Of a DNA stretch of 64,000 bases, positions 51,940 through 61,208 are shown piece after piece; position 1 is the stretch's first letter; every line of letters starts with the position of its first letter. The translations under genes were made by a program, and so were the position numbers. A model generated the notes under the pieces. It was not told the DNA's origin. It did not search any database and saw only the letters and a list, made by a program, of their open reading frames with translations. Origin of the DNA: Glycera tridactyla (lineage: Eukaryota); assembly GCA_965644265.1 (NCBI GenBank), contig OZ286466.1:15252001-15316000 (forward strand), written 5' to 3'.

Positions 51940-53445
51940 TGTACAAAGACTATTCCCTTGTGCATCGAAAGGTGATATTTGAGACAGGTGATCTTTGTAG
52001 AGAGGTTGTTCCCGGTAAAACAAGTACAGTCATCACTCAGCGTGGCCCTTGTTTGAAGGTGGTCTCGCCAGCTGCGTGGATGGTTCAACAATTGTAGGTG
52101 AATTGCATATCTAACAGGATTGTGTTCTCAGTTCAGACACACCTCTTTCCTCAGTCCATAACACTAAAGAGGCTCAGTACATATACTTATGAGTGTTTAT
52201 ATCGCGGTGCTCCACACCGAAGAGAATGATGTGCATATTTATCTTCAAATCATGATGAGGGTGCTTTCAAACATATCAATTCTCAAGATCCAGTCCAGCT
52301 ACAATTCCCGACCCTCTCATGGCCCTCAACAGAGCAATAATAATTGCATTGAGATTGCTGTTTGTGCTGTTAACCTAGATCTAAGGTTGGAGTCCCAGGC
52401 CCCATCATAGATACATTCACCCTACTTTCTTCAAAATATTCCACATTACTTCTGAAGGTGGTTGTATGCATTCCCAGGCCAAGGCACTGTATATTTGCAT
52501 TTGAGTCCTTATCTAAGTGACTGGACGTCTAAGGACTCCTCGCGCCCCACAATATTTATCTGCTCAGTGGGGCGGGAGCTGTGCTACACTGCACATTGCC
52601 TCTCGATTCCATGTATTGTGTTTAGGATCCTTCAAAGAATCACCTTCTGAAAGAACGGGCTCGATCGTTATTCTTGATGTTATATGTCTGGCCAATTCAT
52701 ATGCACGTTTGGGGTAGATTCCTGTGTATGAATTATATTCTCTAGGATGTGTTTAAAGGATTGTTCAGCGAACCACAGGAACACGTTCTGCGGATGTCAG
52801 GATGGCAGGAGACGCTTTTGAAATCTACAGGTGATAAAGCCCTTGGCGAGAAGTCCGAATGTGTGGATTAGACAGATATATTGTCATTCGCTTCGTTTGG
52901 ATCTTCTCCGGTGTGGTGCAACAGTCGAGTTCCTGGATGGCCTCCATCCACACTTGTTCCTGCATGCAGGTGTCTGAAAACAATGCTACCTGAAAATACA
53001 GGGCTTCCCTTAGCGACCCTGGATGTTCCGGATGTGGGTCTGTGACGGAATATGACACTGATTACTTGTACCGTCGTGGAACTGTCCCTATCCAGTCTGT
53101 CATTTATTCAGCTGGTTCCAGTTGAAAGCGTTCAGGGATATCCTGTCACCAGTGGTCTTTGAGGACAGGTGGTCCCTGTGAAGATGTTGTTTGCCATAGA
53201 ATACACCATTGTCAGCAATCCGGTTAATTTTTTTAGCAGGTGGTTTTGGTAGCGAGGTACTCACTAGAGCCGGTTTGACAGTGGTTGGTTCAAGAGTATC
53301 AGATTATGTATACAGTGCCCATTCCTTGTAGCAACAGAAAGTGATCTTCGTAGATAGATGAGCATTGTAGAGAGGTTGGTTATGGTGGAGAATACCTGGG
53401 TCACCACTCAAGGCGACCTTTGATTGTCGAGCGGGTTCGACTATG
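51940..53445. mobile_element. Three partial MITE remnants of the CAGTCGAACC family (about 51940-52090, 53110-53280, 53320-53445)
   Basis: Right-end motifs GAGCCGGTTTGACAG and GAGCGGGTTCGACTA, and internal GACAGGTG(G/A)TC..TGTAGAGAGGTT. Left TIRs are not recognisable. Confidence 0.45.
52825..52973 (-). CDS. Candidate terminal exon of an unidentified host gene (PH-domain C-terminal-helix-like)
   Basis: Good acceptor TTGTTTTCAG, then (D)TCMQEQVWMEAIQELDCC...GLYHL*. This resembles the PH motif A.T..E...W..AI. No supporting upstream exon was found. Confidence 0.2.
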
Positions 53446-54272
53446 CTTGCTTCAATGGTTGAAGGTCGACTGTCTATTTCATGGGGACATACTTGCACTT
53501 CAGATACACCTCCATGCGGTGTGATCAAGATCCATGAATCTAGATGAATTATCTCTCGCCAGCAACCCCAGTGAACTTGATAGGTTGCTTGAAACTTGTG
53601 AAAGTGAACATAAGTGTCAGTTCAGACACACCTCTGCCTAAAGTTCATGACAATACTGAACTCGTGAGTGGCTGATTTGCTCACTCGTGTTTGTAGGTTG
53701 CTACAAGCTGAAGCTAGATACTGGAAACAATGCTGGTCAACAAAGCACAGTAATAGCAATATAGCAACATGGAAATAGCAAAATAATGATCGATGTGTAT
53801 ACATATCCAATGTGGCCATCTCAGCACCTGTCAAAGTCATGGGCCAGTTGAGACCATTGAGACTTCTTAATTCTCAAGTAGGATCTGCCATCCGTTTCGA
53901 ACTCTTCTGTATCTGATATCGCCTGTACATTGTGAGAGATTGTTGTTGATGCCTTGCCCTCTGCTTTCTGGGAGTTGTGGACATCCATTATATACTGGAA
54001 GCACTCAGACGCTTTCGCAAACGGCTCATCACAGGCGACTGGAACCTTTTATTTACGCCGATATATGCTAACAACTGCACAAGATATAGAGCTAGAGAGT
54101 GGTAGATGTCGAAAAAACAACAACAAGGAATATGTATGCTGCTGCTGAGACCCTGGATCTGAGCATTTCGAATCAATGACATATACATATATACATACAT
54201 AATTAGTTATATAGAATTATGCTTTCTGGACTGAGTCCTTTGTTCATCTCAATCCTTCTGTGGATTGAATAT

Positions 54273-54315
54273 AATTCAAATTCAAATTCAAATTCAAATT
54301 CAAATTATGTTTATT
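54273..54315 (-). terminator. LINE 3' end: AATAAA polyadenylation signal plus (ATTTGA)n tail
   Basis: Plus strand TTTATT at 54310-54315 and about five copies of (TTCAAA) at 54275-54304. Confidence 0.85.
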
Positions 54316-54638
54316 TGCATCCCAGGTATAGTACAGTATAGACATGTGACAGTCATAATACATGTAACAGTATTCATACATTCAGGACACTACATTGCAA
54401 ACAAACTTGTTACTACTAGACTATATATCTGTAATATAGAAACCTTTGTTTCTAGGTTCGCATGCCTGCATGCGAATATACGCACCCCTGCAAACCTGGG
54501 CTCACATGCATGTACTTATAAACAAGCATATGCAGACACACATTCACACACATATTCGAAGAAATCTACATATCATATTTTATGCACGATATCATTACAG
54601 TCTAAGTGGTAGTGGGGTACTTCTCGACACCATTATAG

Positions 54639-57600
54639 TCAGGCATGGTTCATCCGTTTCTGGAAGCATTGTAAGGTGAAGCGTGCGATGCATCTCAAAA
54701 TGTGGATGTCTTCATTCATCATCAGCCATATGAATTTCTCATCCTCAGGTAGATCTTTGAAGTTTCTGCAATTGTTTTGTACTTCAGATAATAGGGTTTT
54801 TCGCTGCTTGTCATATAATTTGCATGTCATAACAAAGTGTTGCTCATCTTCTATGCTTCTACAATTGGGGCATAGATGTTTTTCTACTGGTAGATTCAAG
54901 TGTCTACCTTTCTCGATCATGAGGCAGTGGATGCTGACTCCCAGTCTGCAGAGTGCCTGAAGTTTTTAACATGAAGTAGATATGGTTCAAGTGAGATGTG
55001 GCTTTTAAATTTACGATATGTCCTCAGCTTATTGCCATGAGGTTTGACACGACTATCATTAAAAAGTTCTAGTTTCCAAGCATTCTCATATTCGTTTCTG
55101 AGCGATGTCATCAGCTGTGATTTACTGGCATGCTCCACATCGATATTTGCTTCCTTGGCAGCCAGCTTTATTGAGCTGAGCCAGGAGCGTGCATTATTTT
55201 CTTGGCAACATTCCTCAATCAGGGCATCATTCAGGAGGGAGTTAGGCTCTGCTTTCTCAACATGTTGGTAGTACCTCAGTGAGAGCTGGCATACTTTTGT
55301 GATAAGAGGGTAGCGGCCGAGTTCTGCCAGTGTGGTGGCATTGCTCGTCCTGGTGTTCACTCCAAGAATATGTTTACAGAATTTGAGATGGAGGCGCTCT
55401 ATCTTGCTTTGAAAAGGGGCAGTGAAGATAGAGCGAGTACAATTCCTACTAAGACTTTTGACATTCATATGGCTGATGACCTCGCACCCGTAGAGTAAGA
55501 TTGGTTGCACCAGATGATCAAAAAGATATAGTGATGTGTACTCAAGTGATTAATGCACTTCTGACTTCTCCCTGAAAATGTTAGTATAGGGTTGATCAAA
55601 CTGCGATGTGTACCCTTAACTTCCTGACAATGCACAAAATATCATACATTTTCTCGGAGGGCACATATGTCTCTAAATTGACAATTTGGAATCGTGTTGG
55701 TGATTATTGTTTTTGACCCGTTGCCATGGCAACGAAATGAGGAATTTTAATCAATTTTGGCTATTCAGGCCTAGCGCAGGACCATCACTGCATCATTTCA
55801 TTCCAATTTGGCATAAATGTATGCAGCCATGGGGGCTTGATAATCAAGCATTGGCACAATTTTTAGTTAGGCGAAAATTTTCTCAAAATACCCATTTTTG
55901 TCGCAAAAAATGAGGAAATCTAGCTCAAAATCGATAGAAAAATGAGATTATCTTGAATCTCAAGACCTAATTGAAAATTGTGCCAGTGAATTGATGTAGA
56001 GCATCCTTGATCGAGTAATTTGATACCAAATTTGATTCTCTACAACCTGTATTGGTCCTGCGCTGGGTCCAAACAGCTTCAATCTCATTGATGTTTTTGA
56101 ATTTGTTGCCATGGCAACGGTTTCAGGGTTGTTTGGGGCAACAATATGTCTGCTTTATTGAAAGCCCAGATACTGATCTATGATAATATGTATGGGTCTC
56201 TGTATAAAATCCTGTTATATCCATATGCAAAGAGCCAATTTCATGAAATATTACCAGTTCACAGGCATGCCCTTAGAGTGCATTAACTACTTGAGCAGGG
56301 ATCCAGGTGTAGTGAGTTTGTGTAGCCCCTAAGCTTATATAGTGCTTTAATGGCAGCCCCGTAGAGGTAGTCATGTGCAGGAGTGAATGAGCCAGATGAT
56401 GATAGGGTGATGCCCAGATATCTGAAAGTTTTGATTTCTTCAAGTTTATGGTCAAAGATATAAAAAGGTTGGTTGTCGAGTTTACCGTTCTTTCTCAGAA
56501 TCATTGTTTTCGTCTTGTCGACATTGATTGACAGGCCATGTTTGCAGCAGTACTGGTTTGTTTTACTTATGGCCTCCTGTAGACCTAAGGCCGTCTCACT
56601 CAGCAGGACGATGTCGTCTGCGTACATGAGGGCACTTATTGGCTTCCCATTGAGGTGAACGGGGCTACATTCAGTGAGCTTGCTGGGCAGATCATCTAAA
56701 ATGAGGTTGAATAGGGAGGGGCTCAAGTTATCCCCCTGGCGAATGCCAACATGGGAGGGGAATGATTCTGTTATACCTTTGGTGTTGATATTGACACTCA
56801 GCTGAGAGTGGTTATGCATGCTCTGAATTATCTTCAGAAAGTTCCCACTGACCCCATTCCGCACCAGCTTATTGAAGATAACCTGGTGCAGAAGGGTGTC
56901 AAAGGCCTTCCGCAGGTCAACAAAACATGCAAAGACCTTGTGTTTCGACTTCGACGTATTTTGTGATCAGAGTGTTTATAACAAATATATGATCAGTCGT
57001 TCGGGATCCCTTTTGGAATGCAGCTTGTTCTCTACACCCAAGCCCATTCTGTTTTTTCCAAAGTTCTAACCTGGTGGTCAGGATCCTATTGAAAAGTTTC
57101 CCCATGCAGCTGGTGATTGTGATACCGCGATAGTTCCCCGGGTCAGATCTGTCGCCTGCCTAAAAAATTGAGCTGATGATACCTTTGCTCCACTCATTCG
57201 GGTAGTTTCCACTGGACAAAACAAGGTTAAACAGTTTGAGCAAGACAGGTGCCATGTTATACACACTAGATTTCAGCATTTCATTGAGGATACCATCAGG
57301 ACCGACTGCTTTCCCACCCTTGAGGCTGTTGGCTGCACTTGTTAGTTCTTTCATATTAATCGGTTCATTGAGTGTTCCACAGTCATGGACAGTGGTTTCC
57401 ATTAGAGACTTAGTGTCGGACGCAAAAATTGCAGCCAGCTTCTGCTTTTCTGTGGAGAGAGTGTTTAGGGATTTGTAGTGGCCATGCCAGGCCTCGGTTG
57501 TGGCTGATGTGCAGTTTTGCAGCGTACTTAGTAGTTGCCAAAACTGTTTCGGGTTTGAGCTCTTTAATTCATTCATTTTTCCCATGATACTCTTTTCGAA

Positions 57601-58862
57601 GATTTGAAATTTCCTGCGGCGTAGTCGATATATTTTTTCGAGAGAGCTCTGAGTTGTTGTATTAAGTCTGAAGTTGGGCAGCGGCTGCTTACTTTTTTGC
57701 TTTGCCGTCTAAGGTCTTTGCGCAGGCTGTTCAGCTCTTGGTCAAACCACCTTGGTCCTCGCTGTTTGAGCAGGCGCTTTTTTCTTTTTAGTGCAATTTT
57801 GGCAGCCAGCATATAGATATTGCAACATTCTTTGGTCAGTTTATCAACATTGTTCTTCTGGTCATTTCGCATGAAAGTTTGCACTGCTTTCCTCAGTGTG
57901 GGGGGAGTAAGTGCTGCACTAAAGTTGTGGCGGATTCAGAGTTCCATGTGTATTTCATGGGGAATGGTTGCAATTTCAGTTCCACTGGGGGGGGCATGTG
58001 TTCGAAAATATGCCTCCAGTCTGAGGGTGAGAGAGCAGTGGTCTGATAAGTGACGCAGTATTGGGTTAACCCTGAAAAATAGGACATGGTTAAAAATATT
58101 GTCATCCACCATACAGTAGTCAATTTTTGTGACACGATTCTTGTAGCATGTATGTTTCCCTTGGAGGTCCCCTAGGGTCCTTCCATTAGCTATTCTCAGT
58201 TGGTTGGCAAGACAGAGGTCTATTACTTCTTTTCCCCTTTTGTCCACACAGAGGTCGGAGTTACATCGGTTGGGGAAGTCATCTCTGTCAGGGTTATAGT
58301 CATCCCCTATCAGTAAGAAGTTGCAGCTGTCCTGGTCTGATTCAAGGTGGTCCTTCAGTTGGCCAGTCCTTCCATTGAAGTCCCCCATTAGTATTACCTG
58401 CCCCATGGATTTGAACTTCTGGACTTCATCGCCTAGTTTGGAGATGGGATCATATTCAAGTTTGCTAGTGTAGGTAGAGTGTTCATGAGGGAGGTGTAAG
58501 AAGCGGATATATGTGTCTTGTCCCCTGTTAAAGAAGTGTTTATCCAGTTTGAGCCAGGTAAAGTTTGTCTCTCCTGCCATTAGATGTTTAACACCACTGC
58601 TTATACCCTTTTTGACAATTATGCTTATTCCTCCAAAGTTTCTGGTGGCGCGTTTGGATTTTGGTCTATAGACTAAGAAAACCTTGTGATCTGGGAATAT
58701 AGGTGCTTTCTCAGGGTACAAGTGAGTTTCCCCAAGACCAACAATATCATGGTGATTTATGTATTCTATGAAGTCAGTATCAGCGGATTTGTCATGGGCC
58801 TTTGGCCGTAGGCCATCTATGTTCCAGTAGGAGATCAGTAATCCTGAGCTCATCTGCGTCAT
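54639..58862 (-). pseudogene. LINE ORF2 (AP endonuclease, reverse transcriptase, CCHC), frameshifted and MITE-interrupted
   Basis: EN: SYWNIDGL, GLGETH, LMGDFNGR, KIDY, LSDHC. RT: KAVGPDGI, QAAFQKG..TTDHIF, DLRKAFD, GIRQGDNLSPSLF, LMYADDIVLL, FRYLG, QPILLYGCEV. C-term: MIEKGRH..CPNCRSIEDEQHFVMTC. At least five frame changes. Confidence 0.95.
55541..56295. mobile_element. 755-bp non-autonomous TA-target DNA transposon (MITE) nested in LINE ORF2
   Basis: 20-bp TIRs CTCAAGTGATTAATGCACTT / CTCAAGTAGTTAATGCACTC (17/20 match). TSD TA (55539-40) and CA (56296-97, one transition). Removing it with one TSD copy restores ORF2 in frame (..LDP-YTSLYLFDHLVQPILLYG..). Confidence 0.9.
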
Positions 58863-59502
58863 TCCAAATAGTCAGAAGAAGTAAATGAATGGGATATATG
58901 AGCAGTTATGCCTACTCAACAGAAAGAAAAACAAAGCAGAAAAAAGACTGACTAGGTCCAAAACAATGACTAGATTGCAGTTATCTTGTGGACACTGAGA
59001 CAGTCCCAGTGATATACACTGGATGTCGAGGTTGTGACTAGATGTCCCACTGGGACCTGAGATTTGTGGTTCCTAGGCGGTACAGGTATGTCTGTAAACA
59101 CAGTACTGGTGGATTTATAAGTGCTTAATACTGCACAAGTAAAAGCCTAGTAGAGTACGGTGAACCACTCACGGAATCTAACACTATTACAATATCCAAG
59201 GACGACACGAGTTACAAAATATGACACGTTACAATATGCAAGGGTGACACAGATTATCAAATGTTACACTACATACAAATTACAAGATATACCAATATTA
59301 TAATATCAAAGGTGATTATTTCTTTACAGCAGATCCATGTCTGTTAAAATCGATTCGGTCACCCACACTCGTTTCAAAGCTAGTTTCCTAGGAGCATTTG
59401 CTTCCTAGTAACAGTCGAAGGGAGATAGGTGAGGTCAAGTTGGATGTCAGAGATTCAAGTATTTGAGATAAAATACACCTAAGTGGTGCACATCAGCAAG
59501 CA

Positions 59503-60897
59503 TTAGTATCGTGGTAAATAATTCTTGTTCCACATGGGGAGTCGGCCCTTCTGCTGGCCATAAGGTCGGTGAGGCAAGAAAGGAGGTTGCCAATTGTTAT
59601 TCGGCGGCCTGTACAGTGGTTGGGACCAGTCTTCGCTGTGGTGGCCATGGTTTTCATATGCCCAAGGCGGGTACCATCTCCCGCCACCTTGTCGATGGTC
59701 AGACGGCAGTCGTCGATGGCCTCTGGGAGATGTTGATTCATGGGAGACTTTGAGGTGTGCAGCTATTGATGCTTTTATGTTGCTCGCAAAAACTGCTGTT
59801 CCTTTCCGCGTCAAATGCACTCCATCGTCGGAGTAATACTCTGCAACTGGGGTCCCTTGCCTGGATAGATTGCTGTGATCAATGACAGTGATATTTGACA
59901 TGTTGTGTAACTTGGTGAAGGTCAGTGCATTTACTAATTTGACTTTCATAGAAAGCTCCTCTGAGTCGAGTCGCGGTATGGGCTGCGAGAGGAGTATATG
60001 GGACTGGGGTAGCGTGAACATGCAGTTTCAATAACTTGAATTAGTTTGGCGGTGACTGTGTCACTGTCCATAATTTTCAGATTGTTGTCCTCAATATGGA
60101 GGATTATAATGCGGCGTTGCTGGTCCTTATCTTTCGCGATGACATCAGAAGCTTCGTTGCACGAGTATGCGGTCTTCTTCTCAATTTTGAGCTCATTTAC
60201 TTGTACTTTCTCTGCCATGAGGTGCTTTGTGTGTGAGTTGCCGATGAGAAGAATGGCATTTTGTTATCAGGATGCGGGACCTGCCGGGCTATAGGTTTCG
60301 TAGTAGCACCAGCTATGTTCGGGACAGTAGTCTGTGTATTCCTTACTGTCTCCCCCTGATGCGATGAGCTGCCTTGGCTGCTTGAATTTGCGAAGTTTGT
60401 GTGTGGGCATCCTGGGGGAGTGTAGCAGCACGTATCGCATAAGCATTGTCTTTTTCTTGCAGGAGTTTGGCGTGTAGCTCATCGTTAAGTGTTAGCATTT
60501 CAAGTATTAATTTTGTCTTTTTTTCTAGCATGGTTTCATTGAGAGCGATCTCACTACTGAGGGTCTGGACATGCCTGTTTTTGCTCTCCACAATTGTACG
60601 CATCTCGGCGATTGATACCTCGTAGTCCCGTTTGTTCTGCTCTAGTGTTGTGGTTAGGTCAGAGCGCGTTTGTTGGGTTTCATTGCGAGCTTTGTTTAGT
60701 AGCTTTAGGTATTTGGGGCACTGGTTGCATCTGGCTGCTGGTTGGTTTGTACTGGATTTGTCCAGTTCGGACCTTAGGTTCTTTATTTGCTCGGAGAGGT
60801 CGCTTATCGTACGATCCTTGTTTCTGAGGTCCGACTTTGTTCGTTCGTATGACGTGCCAAACGTAACTCGATAGACGCGGCGCGTGGAGTGAGACAT
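59503..60897 (-). pseudogene. LINE ORF1: coiled-coil region plus SGNH/GDSL esterase-like domain plus low-complexity tail; frameshifted
   Basis: Heptad-rich 60343-60897. Esterase blocks: ILLIGNSH (block I, about 60235-60260), IILHIEDNNL (block III-like), DDGVHLT (block V). P/G/N/Q/Y/W-rich C-terminus. Spread over at least three frames. Confidence 0.8.
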
Positions 60898-61208
60898 CGG
60901 CGCGGGTGAAGAGTGCGATCCGTAGCGTCACGGGCCACCCTAGAGTCTAGCCTAGAGTATGCTGCAGTCGGCGAGAGAGGTGCGCTATCAGTCCCTCCAA
61001 AGACGCGGCGCGTGGAGTGGTGTTACTGCTGGCACGGACTACGAGTGCGATCCGTAAACTGTCGACCCTCCTCCAAGTATGCTGCAGTCAGAGAGAGAGG
61101 TACGCTATCAGTCCCACCATAGACGCAGCGCGTGGAGTGGTGTTACTGCTGGCGTGGACTACGAGTGTGATCCATAGCATGACGGGCCTCCTCCAAGCAC
61201 GCTGCAGT
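60874..61208 (-). repeat. ~120-128-bp GC-rich tandem repeats (about 2.7 copies) forming the LINE 5' region
   Basis: GACGC(G/A)GCGCGTGGAGTG at 60874, 61002 and 61122. The ORF1 ATG (60897) lies in the first copy. Confidence 0.9.

Larger units (their letters stand above)
54273..61205 (-). mobile_element. Near full-length non-LTR retrotransposon, RTEX-like, degenerate
   Basis: Tandem-repeat 5' region, ORF1 (coiled coil plus SGNH esterase), ~640-bp spacer, ORF2 with APE, RT and a C-terminal Cx2Cx7Hx4C knuckle, AATAAA and a microsatellite tail. The RTEX clade is inferred from the esterase plus C-terminal zinc knuckle plus H.L.IEKGR motif. Confidence 0.9.
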
